NCBI GenBank assembly: GCA_964533265.1
Contig: CAZHJW010000001.1
Coordinates: 53,254 to 117,253, forward strand
DNA from: an uncultured Pedosphaera sp.
Lineage (GTDB): Bacteria; Verrucomicrobiota; Verrucomicrobiia; Limisphaerales; UBA1100
Direction of reading: 5' to 3'
DNA: 64,000 bases
In this document: positions 54,878-64,000 of the stretch, one piece after another
Numbering within the stretch: position 1 is the first letter of the stretch
Layout of the letters: the number at the start of each line of letters is the position of its first letter
Translations under genes and position numbers: made by a program
The notes under the pieces: model-generated
Told to the model about the DNA's origin: nothing
The model's database searches: none
The model's input: only the letters and a program-made list of their open reading frames with translations

Positions 54878-56431
54878 ATGAAATACCTCACGATTGCATT
54901 TTTGCTTACCTGCAGCTTAAAAGCGCAGCTCCAGCGCCCCCCTGCCCCACCCAGGTTAGCACCCGCGCAGGCCATCAGGCGAATTATCCCGCCACCTGCA
55001 ACCTCAATTCCAGTGCGGCCCGTCGCCTTCAACAACAGCACTGTCAAGGGAGAGCATGTACAATTACTCAATGGAGATGTATTTAGAGGTGAATTCAAAG
55101 GATTCAATGAAAAGGGTGAGTTGCTTTGGGCCCATCCCGCCATTGAGCCAGAGATGCGCATAAACCCTGCTCAACTCGCCAAACTTAACCTTGGTTCCTC
55201 TGGGATTGAAAGAAAACCACACAACGGGCTAGTTCGGCTGATTAACGGGGACAAATTCATTGGTGAAGTCCATTCATTAAGCAAGGATAAGCTGGTTTTG
55301 AACACATGGTATGGAAAAAAAATCACACTCAACCGGGACAGCGTGCAGACACTGATCCCAGGCCAGGCAGGGGCCGATGCCCTCTATTCAGGCCCCACGA
55401 CAAATGACTTAAAAGACTGGAAATTCAGCGGCACCGGTACATACAAGTGGACCTTTAAGGATGGAGGTTTTCAGAGCAACGGAAGCAGTGCTAACGTCGG
55501 GAAGATGTTTAGTGAAATCCCTAAATCAACTAAAGTCGAATTCGACTACCAGTGGTCTTCTGGATCCCCCAGTATTTATGTAAGCGTTTTAACTGACAAT
55601 CTTGCTTCCTACTCTTCAGGCAACTGCTACAGTATTAGAATTTCGAGTACTTCAATGTATGTCTACCGCTATTCAAAGGTTGATGGCAGGCTAACCAGTT
55701 CACGTCTCACTCCATCGAGTGTTATGCACCGTTTTAACCGCGCACTTTTAAAATCCCACATAGCCGTCTGCGTCAACCCTAGCAAGAAAACCATCGCGAT
55801 TCTTGTTGATGGCAGAATGGCAGGCTCCTTTAGAGACAACTCCGGACGCCCGACAGATCTTCTTGGAAAGGGCATTGCCTTTCATTCCAGGTCATCGATC
55901 CCCTCTCGGATCAGTAATATCTCCATATCTAAATGGGATGGAGCCCTGCCGAATACTTCCACGAATGCAAGCACCACCACCAAGGATGACTATGTGATGT
56001 TCAATAATGAAGACACTATTAGTGGTCGTCTGGTTGGAATTGAGGGAGGAACCATGAAGTTTAAGACCGAGTTTGCAGAACTGCCTATCCCACTCAATAC
56101 GGTTAGCCACATTCATTTGGCGAAAGAACACCTCCGCAATCCGGTTATTAGCTCCAAATCCGTACGAGCCATCCTGATTGATGACATTCGCATCACCGGC
56201 GAAATTCAGTCCTGGGAAGAAGATAAGGTTATACTTAAAAGTCCAGTTTTTGGTGAGGCTACATTTAACCCTAAAGCCTTTAAGACGATAGAGTTCAACC
56301 TGGGCAAGCCGCGCACCACTGCTTCTACGGCCATAATCAAAAGCCGCGTACAAACTTCAGTTAACGGTCCGCGCATCGAGATCCTGAGGAACCAGATTCA
56401 AAGGGAAATAAGGCCCATTCCTAAACGTTAG
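54878..56431 (+). CDS. secreted modular protein of unknown function (paralog 2)
   Basis: 517-aa ORF with a signal peptide MKYLTIAFLLTCSLKAQ. Blocks shared with paralog 1 include LLNGDVFRGEF, LINGDKFIGEV...LVLNTWYGKKI and FKTEFAELPIPLNTVSHIHLA. Confidence 0.7.
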   Translation: MKYLTIAFLLTCSLKAQLQRPPAPPRLAPAQAIRRIIPPPATSIPVRPVAFNNSTVKGEHVQLLNGDVFRGEFKGFNEKGELLWAHPAIEPEMRINPAQLAKLNLGSSGIERKPHNGLVRLINGDKFIGEVHSLSKDKLVLNTWYGKKITLNRDSVQTLIPGQAGADALYSGPTTNDLKDWKFSGTGTYKWTFKDGGFQSNGSSANVGKMFSEIPKSTKVEFDYQWSSGSPSIYVSVLTDNLASYSSGNCYSIRISSTSMYVYRYSKVDGRLTSSRLTPSSVMHRFNRALLKSHIAVCVNPSKKTIAILVDGRMAGSFRDNSGRPTDLLGKGIAFHSRSSIPSRISNISISKWDGALPNTSTNASTTTKDDYVMFNNEDTISGRLVGIEGGTMKFKTEFAELPIPLNTVSHIHLAKEHLRNPVISSKSVRAILIDDIRITGEIQSWEEDKVILKSPVFGEATFNPKAFKTIEFNLGKPRTTASTAIIKSRVQTSVNGPRIEILRNQIQREIRPIPKR

Positions 56432-56493
56432 GAACACCGCCTTCCGTAGTCATTCTTTTCTTTCAGACGAACTCACGCTATCGTCGCAACCAC

Positions 56494-57984
56494 ATGGCAT
56501 TTGAATCATTCAGCGAATTTCTATCCACACTGGATAATAAGGGTGAATTGATTCGCATCAGCCCGCCTGTCGCAACTGAATTGGAAATTACAGAGGTTGC
56601 GGATCGGGAAATGAAAAAGCCCGACGGCGGAAAAGCGCTCCTCTTTGAATCACCCACCGTTAACGGTCAAAAAACAGACATACCACTGGCTATTAACACC
56701 ATGGGTTCACATCAACGCATGGCTATGGCTTTGGGGCGAGATTCAGTTGATGCTGCCGCAGAGGAATTGGGGAAGCTCATGCAGGCAAAGCCTCCCATGG
56801 GAATCGCTGAAACCATGAAACTATTGGGTTCTGCCTTAGAGTTGCGCCACGCGAAACCGAAAGAAGTTTCAAGCGGTCCGTGTAAAGATATCATCGAATA
56901 CCTTAACACGGAAGATGCTTCAACTTCAGGTCTTTCAACCCTATTAGATTTACCTATACAGAAATGCTGGCCCAAAGATGGAGGGCGTTTTATTACACTG
57001 CCTTGCGTAGTCACTCAGGACCCTGACACAGGTGCACGCAATCTAGGAATGTACCGCATGCAGATTTTTGATGCTCAAACGACAGGCATGCATTGGCAAT
57101 TGCAAAAAGTTGCTGCACGTCATGGGAGGCGTTATTACGAACGCCGTGAGCGAATGCCTGTTAGCGTGTTTTTAGGTGGAGATCCAGTTTATCCATTCTG
57201 CGCCACGGCCCCTCTTCCTGACGGCTTTGACGAATTCCTGCTGGCGGGATACCTCAGGCGGAAATCCGTCCCACTTGTCAAATGCGAGACGAACGATTTA
57301 CAGGTGCCTGCTAATGCAGATATTGTTATTGAGGGCTATGTCGACACAAGCGAGGATCTACGGGATGAAGGCCCTTTCGGAGATCATACAGGATATTACA
57401 CTTTGCATGAGAAGTACCCGGCGTTCCATGTTACCGCCATCACAAGACGTAAAGATGCCGTTTACCCAAGCACTATCGTTGGCCAACCGCCAATGGAAGA
57501 TTTCTACATGGGCAGTGCCAGCGTTAAGCTGTTTATGCCCGTAATCAGAATGAATTTCCCTGAAATCGTAGATATCGCCCTGCCGGCTGAAGGGGTTTTC
57601 CATAATATGGTTTTTGTTAGCATCAAGAAAACATACCCAATGCAGGCTTATAAAATAATGCATGGGCTTTGGGGCATGGGGCAAATGATGTTCAGTAAAT
57701 ACATTGTGGTCGTCGATGATGAGGTCGACGTCCACAACACCAGTGAGGTTTTATTCCGTATTGGAGCGAACACCGATCCTCAAAGAGACAGCATATTCAC
57801 TCGTGGCCCCGCCGATGTCCTGGACCACGCCACACCTGAGGTGGCGATAGGTTCAAAAATGGGTCTGGACGCGACAAAAAAGCTGCCGGGCGAAGGCTAC
57901 AAGCGAGAGTGGCCGCCAATTATCCAAATGACTGACCATATAAAAGGTAAAGTAGATGGAATCCTAAACGCAGACCAAAATTGA
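56494..57984 (+). CDS. ubiD: UbiD-family (prenyl-FMN dependent) decarboxylase, quinone-biosynthesis type
   Basis: 496-aa ORF. FSEFLSTLDNKGELIRI..., LGMYRMQIFD and GPFGDHTGYY blocks are typical of UbiD. Whether it serves ubiquinone or menaquinone (futalosine-type) biosynthesis cannot be decided here. Confidence 0.85.
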   Translation: MAFESFSEFLSTLDNKGELIRISPPVATELEITEVADREMKKPDGGKALLFESPTVNGQKTDIPLAINTMGSHQRMAMALGRDSVDAAAEELGKLMQAKPPMGIAETMKLLGSALELRHAKPKEVSSGPCKDIIEYLNTEDASTSGLSTLLDLPIQKCWPKDGGRFITLPCVVTQDPDTGARNLGMYRMQIFDAQTTGMHWQLQKVAARHGRRYYERRERMPVSVFLGGDPVYPFCATAPLPDGFDEFLLAGYLRRKSVPLVKCETNDLQVPANADIVIEGYVDTSEDLRDEGPFGDHTGYYTLHEKYPAFHVTAITRRKDAVYPSTIVGQPPMEDFYMGSASVKLFMPVIRMNFPEIVDIALPAEGVFHNMVFVSIKKTYPMQAYKIMHGLWGMGQMMFSKYIVVVDDEVDVHNTSEVLFRIGANTDPQRDSIFTRGPADVLDHATPEVAIGSKMGLDATKKLPGEGYKREWPPIIQMTDHIKGKVDGILNADQN

Positions 57985-58072
57985 TCACGATAATGAAATT
58001 ACTTGGTTCTATGTTGGTCTTTATACTTAAGTCAGGTTGACCCAAGTCGCCCCTTAGGCCCAAACTTCGCTC

Positions 58073-59404
58073 ATGAGGCATTTTATTCTGATTCTGATTT
58101 CCTGCGTCTTTTCTTGTTCTGCAAAAACCAAGCCGAATATCATAGTAATCTTGGTTGACGATCTTGGTTACAGCGACCTTTCTTCTTATGGCGGCAAAGA
58201 CATCCGTACGCCAGCCATCGATAGCTTAATGGAATCAGGCTTGCGATTTAACCAGTTCTACTCCAATTGCACCGTCTGCACACCAACGCGCGCTTCCTTG
58301 ATGACGGGTCGCTACCCAGATTTAGTCGGAACACCGGGGGTAATCCGGCAACGTAAAGAAAGTAGTTGGGGATATTTTCGGCCAACCGGCCCCACTCTGC
58401 CAGAGTTACTTAAAAAGGCTGGATACCATACAGGCATGGTCGGAAAATGGCACCTTGGGTTCGAGTCGCCGAATATTCCGAACGATCGAGGTTTCGATTT
58501 TTTTCACGGATTTCTAGCTGACATGATGGACGACTACTGGACGCATTTGCGAGGCGGAGTTAATTGGATGCGCCGCAACAAGGAAATGGTAAATCCAAAA
58601 GGACACGCCACCGAGGTATTTACCCGCTGGGCCATCGACTACCTCAAGAAGCATGCCGCAGACAAGAAAAAGCCGTTTTTCCTGTACCTCGCCTACAATG
58701 CCCCGCATTTCCCGATCCAACCCCCCAAGAACTGGCTGGAGAAGGTTCAGAAACGCGAGCCTCAACTCGACAAGAAACGAGCCACGAATGTCGCCTTTGT
58801 CGAACACATGGACCACGAGATCGGTAAGTTCCTTGACGCTGTAAAAGACACAGGCATCGCCGAGGACACCCTAATCGTCTTCTCCTCCGACAATGGAGGT
58901 TCTCTCCCACACGGCGCCTTGAACGGCGATTTGCGAGGAGGTAAGCAGGACCATTGGGAGGGGGGTATACGTGTTTCCACCTGCGCCGTCTGGCCTGGAG
59001 TGATTACCCCGGGTCGCAGCAACGAACTGGGGATCACTATGGATTTACTTCCCACACTTTGCGAAATAGCTGGCGTGAAGGTGACGCACGAAATCGACGG
59101 TAAGAGCCTTGCTCCGATCTGGCTGCAAGGCGCAAAGGGCGATCCAAACCGCACCTTGATATGGGTGCGACGGGAAGGCAACCGCAGGTATCAGGGTCGA
59201 GCCTACTACGCCATTCGCCGCGGGGATTGGAAGCTGCTCCAGAATACAGCTTTTGAGCCCATGCAACTTGTCAACTTGACGAACGATCCAAAGGAAGCGA
59301 ATCCGAGTCCTCCAAATGGAAAAGTCGCCAACGAACTAACAAGAGCCTTGATGGAGCATATTTTGAAGGCGGGGCAAATCCCTTGGCAGAGAGAAGTAAA
59401 ATAA
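58073..59404 (+). CDS. formylglycine-dependent sulfatase (arylsulfatase A / GalNAc-6-sulfatase-like), secreted
   Basis: 443-aa ORF. It has a signal peptide, PNIIVILVDDLGYSDL, the sulfatase signature CTPTRASLMTGR (C-x-P-x-R) and GKWHLG. Confidence 0.9.
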   Translation: MRHFILILISCVFSCSAKTKPNIIVILVDDLGYSDLSSYGGKDIRTPAIDSLMESGLRFNQFYSNCTVCTPTRASLMTGRYPDLVGTPGVIRQRKESSWGYFRPTGPTLPELLKKAGYHTGMVGKWHLGFESPNIPNDRGFDFFHGFLADMMDDYWTHLRGGVNWMRRNKEMVNPKGHATEVFTRWAIDYLKKHAADKKKPFFLYLAYNAPHFPIQPPKNWLEKVQKREPQLDKKRATNVAFVEHMDHEIGKFLDAVKDTGIAEDTLIVFSSDNGGSLPHGALNGDLRGGKQDHWEGGIRVSTCAVWPGVITPGRSNELGITMDLLPTLCEIAGVKVTHEIDGKSLAPIWLQGAKGDPNRTLIWVRREGNRRYQGRAYYAIRRGDWKLLQNTAFEPMQLVNLTNDPKEANPSPPNGKVANELTRALMEHILKAGQIPWQREVK

Positions 59405-59451
59405 TTTCGGAAGATAGAATACAGATGAGATGCCTCATAAAGATATAGCAC

Positions 59452-60819
59452 ATGCCTGAGAATCTTCCTGATTATTTTCTAATCGATACTCAACCAAAGG
59501 CCAGAATAACACCTTTGGTAGCCACTGAGGCATGTCGTCAATTAAAACGAAACCGGACCCAGTACCTCAGAGATACCCCAACCGGACAAATCATCACCAT
59601 CATCGCAAGGCTCTCTGAGAACTGGCGTGATGATCATTTCCCTTTCCGAAAGACAGCGTTGCAGCACAGTAGTGAGAAAACAGGGTTTAGCTCCGCGAGC
59701 TTAGCTCACGGAATAGATCGGTTTTTTTCCAGGATTACTGAGGATAATCTCCATAACTTGATGACTCAGGAACTAGGTGATTCAAGACGAATGGATTCCC
59801 CCCTCGGGACACCGGAAGAGAGAGCAGACAACCGCGTTTCAATGGCAAAAGGACCAGAGCTTCTAGCCCTTATCATCGCATCCAATACGCCTTGCCTCGC
59901 AATTATGAGCATGGTTCACGCGCTACTAGTAAGATCTGCTCAATTCGTTAAATGCCCCAAAGGAAGTGGATTTATCCCGAAGTTGTTTGCTCACTCACTC
60001 TACGATGCTCATCCAAAATTAGGTTCATGCATTGAGGTCGCATCATGGGAGGGTGGCGACATAGCATTGGATCAGGCAATCTTTAATGAAAGTGATTGCG
60101 TCGTTGCAACCGGAACAAATGAAACCCTCGAATCGGTACGATCTCGCATGAACCCACATCAACGGTTCGCAGGATACGGGAGCAAGTTTAGTTTCGGTTA
60201 TATCCATAAAGACATGCTAAGTCGAGCAATGGCCAAAGAGCTAGCCAAGAACTCCGCGCAGGATGTAGCATCATGGAATCAACTTGGGTGTCTGTCTCCC
60301 CATCTAATCTACGTGGAAAACGGTGGCGCCGTAAGCCCTGAAATATTTTCTGAGATGCTTGCTGAAGCACTTGAACAAATAGAATCCACCCAACCTCGTG
60401 GAGATATTTCGTATAGTGAAGAAAAACACATCACATATAAGCGTAATTTTTATGAGAGTCGCTCAATAGGTGCCGGCGACTTAAGGCAATGGAAAAGTGA
60501 TTGCAGCACAAGCTGGACTGTCGTCTATGAAGAAGATCCTTTATTTACCACGTCCTGTTTAAATCGGTTTATACACGTAAAAACCGTCAAGGATGTAGAA
60601 GAAATGCTACGTGTTGCGGAAATGGCACGCGGCCAAGTCTCAACAGTAGGGTTGTCGGCCCCGAAAAACGACGCAGAGTGTATAGTAAAAAAACTTGCCC
60701 ATTGGGGTGTAACCCGCATTTGCCCTATTGGCCAAATGCAGGACCCTCCTTTAGGCTGGCGACATGATGGGCGCCCTCCTTTAGGGGATTTAGTAACATG
60801 GACCGACTGGGAACAATAA
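59452..60819 (+). CDS. LuxC-like acyl-CoA reductase / aldehyde-dehydrogenase-superfamily protein
   Basis: 455-aa [35 protein letters not shown] resembles the ALDH/LuxC cofactor-binding pattern. A candidate catalytic Cys lies in [10 protein letters not shown]. The family assignment is by eye only. Confidence 0.5.
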   Translation: MPENLPDYFLIDTQPKARITPLVATEACRQLKRNRTQYLRDTPTGQIITIIARLSENWRDDHFPFRKTALQHSSEKTGFSSASLAHGIDRFFSRITEDNLHNLMTQELGDSRRMDSPLGTPEERADNRVSMAKGPELLALIIASNTPCLAIMSMVHALLVRSAQFVKCPKGSGFIPKLFAHSLYDAHPKLGSCIEVASWEGGDIALDQAIFNESDCVVATGTNETLESVRSRMNPHQRFAGYGSKFSFGYIHKDMLSRAMAKELAKNSAQDVASWNQLGCLSPHLIYVENGGAVSPEIFSEMLAEALEQIESTQPRGDISYSEEKHITYKRNFYESRSIGAGDLRQWKSDCSTSWTVVYEEDPLFTTSCLNRFIHVKTVKDVEEMLRVAEMARGQVSTVGLSAPKNDAECIVKKLAHWGVTRICPIGQMQDPPLGWRHDGRPPLGDLVTWTDWEQ

Positions 60820-60820
60820 A

Positions 60821-61183
60821 ATGAAAGTAGAACTCAAAAAATCATTCCAATTCGAAGCCGCTCATTCATTACCGAACCTGCCCTCTAATCACAAATGCTA
60901 CAGACTCCACGGCCACAGTTTTAAGGTCGAACTCACATTGGCCGGTGAGTGTGATAAGCATCTTGGCTGGCTTGTGGATTACGCCGATATTAGCGCGGCA
61001 TTTCTACCCACGTGGGAGAGGTTAGACCACCATTACTTAAATGAAATCGAAGGCTTGAATAACCCCACCAGCGAAAATATCGCACGTTGGGTTTGGAATG
61101 AAGTGCAGACGAAAGTTCCACTTCTTACTTCAGTCGAAGTAGCAGAAACATGTAACGCCAGTTGTATTTACCGCGGCCAATAG
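60821..61183 (+). CDS. queD: 6-carboxy-5,6,7,8-tetrahydropterin synthase
   Basis: 120-aa [12 protein letters not shown]...[13 protein letters not shown]...LDHHYLNE is the QueD/PTPS pattern. It starts 1 nt after the upstream stop. Confidence 0.88.
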   Translation: MKVELKKSFQFEAAHSLPNLPSNHKCYRLHGHSFKVELTLAGECDKHLGWLVDYADISAAFLPTWERLDHHYLNEIEGLNNPTSENIARWVWNEVQTKVPLLTSVEVAETCNASCIYRGQ

Positions 61184-61196
61184 CTATTCTTTCTCT

Positions 61197-61649
61197 ATGG
61201 CCACGCGATACGCGCACATTAACATAATCGCTCGAGACTGGCGTAAATTATGCAGCTTTTATGAGGCCGCTCTAGACTGCGTTCCTTGGAGCAGCGAAAG
61301 AGACCATCGCGGCCCACATGTAGATGCTCTGACAGGAATAGAGGAAGTTCGTGTGCAGGGCCGCCACTTGCGTGTGCCAGGGCATGGCGAAAATGGCCCC
61401 ACAATCGAAATTTTTTCATTTTCAGAAAATGGCCAAGATTACCCGAAACCACTAAATCGCCCCGGGTTTGCGCATGTTGCGTTTGAGGTCGATGATATAG
61501 AAAACAAGCGCGAGGAAATAAAGATTCTAGGGGGGGATGATTATGGGGACCTGGTCACAATCGACATCGCTGGAGCTGGCAAGTTAAGCCTGATTTACAT
61601 GACTGACCCTGAGGGAAATGTAGTAGAATTACAGAAGTGGCACAACTAA
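61197..61649 (+). CDS. VOC (glyoxalase/bleomycin-resistance/dioxygenase) family protein
   Basis: 150-aa ORF. HINIIARD, GFAHVAFEVDDIE and DPEGNVVEL blocks give a single VOC module pair. Confidence 0.75.
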   Translation: MATRYAHINIIARDWRKLCSFYEAALDCVPWSSERDHRGPHVDALTGIEEVRVQGRHLRVPGHGENGPTIEIFSFSENGQDYPKPLNRPGFAHVAFEVDDIENKREEIKILGGDDYGDLVTIDIAGAGKLSLIYMTDPEGNVVELQKWHN

Positions 61650-61699
61650 TCTAATTTATAGTTTTTGCCATTAGCTCCCGATTAAACTAAAAACTGCGC

Positions 61700-64000
61700 A
61701 TGCGACTAATGCTCCTTTCACTAGGCCTATTGACTGCGCAGGTATTTGCGCAACTCCCCGTACCGAAGCCTAAGCCTGTTATTGGAGCCAGGCACCCTGC
61801 CTTAAGCCCAAATGGGAAGAAAATTGCATTTGTTTACCGCGGTGATATCTGGAAATCTGACTCGTTTGGTGGACAAGCCAAGCCTATCACATTTCACCTT
61901 GAATATGATGGCTACCCTGTTTTCTCGCCAGACGGCAACTGGATAGCTTTTGGCAGCAAGCGGCATGGACATTTTGATATATTCATTATTCCATCAGAAG
62001 GAGGTACTCCAAGGCGGCTAACTTGGCATTCCGGCCACGACATCCCTTTCGGTTGGAGTCCTGATGGAAAGAAGATTGCTTTTGGGGCACGGCGCAATCG
62101 CCCCAACTATGAGATATTAACCGTTGATATAGGGACTCTGAATACAGAGTCTATATGTGAGGATTATGCATCCCTCCGTTACCCTCGATGGTCTTCAGAT
62201 GGGAAGATGATGATTTACTCTCGATACGGAATGCCTTGGTACAGGCCGCGATACAGGGGGTCAGCTGCCGCACAAGTCTGGACCTACAATGTTAAAAATA
62301 AAAAACGCACAAAGCTTCTGGGCGATGAAAGGCAATATTTATTTAGTCAATTCATGCCAAGTGGAAAACAAATACTACTTGTTACCACGGGGCAGCCAAC
62401 CCCGACTTTGGCCAACATAGAAGAGAAACCGATAAAATTTTCAGACAACAGTAAGCGAGCCCCCAACCTATGGACCGCTGATCTGGACGGTAACCTCAAA
62501 CAAATAACACATTTTAAAACTGATTCTGTGCGCTACCCGAGCATTGCCTCAAAAACCGGCGATATTGCGTTCGAACACGGGGATGGAATCTGGCTGCTTC
62601 CGAATAAGTCAAAAACACCTCAAAGAATTCCTCTTATCGTCAACACAGATCCAAAGCGTAACGTAGAAGAGCATGTTCGCGCTACCAGTGGCGTTACCGA
62701 AGCAGAACCTTCCCCCAACGGAAAAACTATTTTGTTCGGTTTGCAGGGCGATATCTGGAGCATTAAGGCAATAAAGGCAAAAGGCATAAATAAAGAACTG
62801 GATGAACTAGCGACACAACATACCACATGGGCCGGTGATGATTCAGACTTTTCTTGGTCAAAGGACGGAAAGAAATTCTATTTCACATCGGATCGCGAGG
62901 GAAATAGCCGCATCTACGAATATGATCTAGCCAACCAAAGCCAGAAACCGCTTTGGAACAGGGAGGAAAATATCGTACGACTGCGTGTTTCGCCTGATGG
63001 TAAACACCTTTTTTTCTGGGTTACAGGACCTGAAGGTGGCCTTCACCGACTGACACTAGTCGATCAAAAAGTTAAACGGATATTAAAGCTTCCGGGAATT
63101 CATATGAGAGGCCGTGGCGGCATAGACTATGAGTGGTCTCCTGACGAAAAATGGATTGCCTACACAACTCGTACAGGCAGCAGTTCATACAACATATGGA
63201 TAATCCCCGCAGAAGGGGGTGAAGCCAAAAATGTTACCGAATTGAGTGCCTTGCACAGTCAGCCAACATGGTCTACGGATGGAAAATATTTATATTTTCA
63301 AAGCGACCGATCCGGGGAAGGCCTGTACCGAGTAGCTCTGCAACGGGATAAATTCAGAAGCACCGATGTAGATCAACGATTCGTTAAGCCAAGCAAGAAG
63401 CCGGAGGTGAAAATAGAGTTCGAAGGCATTAGTGAACGAATCCAGAAGATTTCTGCTACCAACCCTTCATCCGATTTAACCATGACTTCCGGCGGACAAT
63501 TATTCTTCCTTTCAGGAGGAAACGTATACCGTTCTTCGCATGACGGGAAAGAAGTCAAAAAAATGAATGATGGAGGTGGTCGCGTAGCTTTTAGAATACT
63601 TGGAAGTGGACGTGGAGCATCTTTCATGAAATCAGGGAAAATGTATTTAATGAAGCTCGATAGCGGCAGCGACACACCTGTGACTTTTACCGCGAATGTA
63701 GTGAAAAACACAATGGCAAGAAGAACCGCAGCGTTCTACCAGTTCTGGAAGACATACCATCATCGCTTTTATGACAGCAACTTTCATGGGCGTGATTGGA
63801 CTTCATTGAGAAAAAAATATTTAGGCCGCCTGCCTTCAGTAGATACAAACGATGAATTTGCATCTCTTCTTCAAATGATGGTCGGTGAACTTGACGCGTC
63901 CCACTCTGAATTGTCACCTGCCTCCTCAGGCAGTTCATTTAGAAGCACTCCGCACCTTGGGTTCACGATTGACTATTCGCACAAGGGGCCAAGCTTAAAG
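61700..64000 (+). CDS. tricorn-protease-like S41 peptidase with TolB-type beta-propellers, N-terminal 767 codons; gene runs off the window end
   Basis: Not in the ORF track because it is open at the window end. Manual translation from the ATG at 61700 gives MRLMLLSLGLLTAQVFAQ (signal), then repeated SPNGKKIAFVYRGDIW / SPDGNWIAFGS / SPDGKKIAFG propeller motifs. Near the end it gives FYQFWKTYHHRFYDSNFHGRDW...MMVGELDASHSE, as in tricorn homologues. I checked the frame at the start, middle and end. Confidence 0.8.
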   Translation, partial: MRLMLLSLGLLTAQVFAQLPVPKPKPVIGARHPALSPNGKKIAFVYRGDIWKSDSFGGQAKPITFHLEYDGYPVFSPDGNWIAFGSKRHGHFDIFIIPSEGGTPRRLTWHSGHDIPFGWSPDGKKIAFGARRNRPNYEILTVDIGTLNTESICEDYASLRYPRWSSDGKMMIYSRYGMPWYRPRYRGSAAAQVWTYNVKNKKRTKLLGDERQYLFSQFMPSGKQILLVTTGQPTPTLANIEEKPIKFSDNSKRAPNLWTADLDGNLKQITHFKTDSVRYPSIASKTGDIAFEHGDGIWLLPNKSKTPQRIPLIVNTDPKRNVEEHVRATSGVTEAEPSPNGKTILFGLQGDIWSIKAIKAKGINKELDELATQHTTWAGDDSDFSWSKDGKKFYFTSDREGNSRIYEYDLANQSQKPLWNREENIVRLRVSPDGKHLFFWVTGPEGGLHRLTLVDQKVKRILKLPGIHMRGRGGIDYEWSPDEKWIAYTTRTGSSSYNIWIIPAEGGEAKNVTELSALHSQPTWSTDGKYLYFQSDRSGEGLYRVALQRDKFRSTDVDQRFVKPSKKPEVKIEFEGISERIQKISATNPSSDLTMTSGGQLFFLSGGNVYRSSHDGKEVKKMNDGGGRVAFRILGSGRGASFMKSGKMYLMKLDSGSDTPVTFTANVVKNTMARRTAAFYQFWKTYHHRFYDSNFHGRDWTSLRKKYLGRLPSVDTNDEFASLLQMMVGELDASHSELSPASSGSSFRSTPHLGFTIDYSHKGPSLK

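Noticed and set aside
58514-59453. Cluster of overlapping 60-140-aa ORFs on both strands inside the sulfatase gene.
   Set aside because: All lie within a 443-aa ORF with unambiguous sulfatase motifs. They are shadow frames with Arg/Pro/Ser-rich nonsense composition and are not separate genes.
1-64000. Scanned for mobile elements, prophage, toxin-antitoxin pairs, restriction-modification, CRISPR-Cas or other defence islands.
   Set aside because: No transposase, integrase, Cas, methyltransferase, nuclease or small paired ORFs of that kind were seen. Every ORF over 100 aa that is not a shadow frame is accounted for by housekeeping, transport or metabolic families, or by the few hypothetical proteins listed above.

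Overview
This is a gene-dense (roughly 90% coding), mostly housekeeping chromosomal segment of a bacterium. I found no rRNA, CRISPR array, transposase, integrase, prophage or recognisable defence system. Gene content (formylglycine-type sulfatase, concanavalin-like secreted proteins, tricorn-type protease, MsrP, futalosine-style UbiD decarboxylase) suggests a marine PVC/Verrucomicrobia-like heterotroph, but that is inference only.

Content from left to right:
- tgt (partial), proS, an FAH-family hydrolase, folB, a HAD hydrolase and an MFS transporter.
- A translationally coupled tetR-OMF-MFP-RND efflux operon.
- fmt, adk, an unknown Pro-rich-repeat membrane protein, nnr and msrP.
- nadC-birA-coaX-trpA and a mannose-1-P guanylyltransferase.
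- rnd, tRNA-Ser(CGA) and an amidohydrolase.
- A glycolate/glyoxylate/glycine neighbourhood: a class V aminotransferase diverging from glcDEF, which converges on an operon of FNR-like flavoprotein, gcvT, gcvH and a secreted D-aminoacylase.
- An orphan parA, thiH-thiS, mgtE, mscS, tlpA, infA, apaG and a beta-CASP RNase.
- tonB-exbB-exbD, argG, a DUF1015 protein and infC.
- An HscA-like Hsp70, standalone coaB, argS, ptsN, an M50B-like membrane protease, pyrE and msrA.
- Two tandem paralogous secreted modular proteins of unknown function.
- ubiD, a sulfatase, a LuxC-like reductase, queD, a VOC protein and a partial tricorn-like protease.

The candidates most worth follow-up are:
- the tandem paralog pair at 53.3-56.4 kb;
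- the unusual gcvTH operon composition;
- an MFS transporter with a lipoyl/barrel-sandwich-like insertion in a periplasmic loop;
- the repeat-containing membrane protein coupled to adk-fmt.

All functional calls rest on motif and family recognition by eye from the supplied translations. No searches were run.
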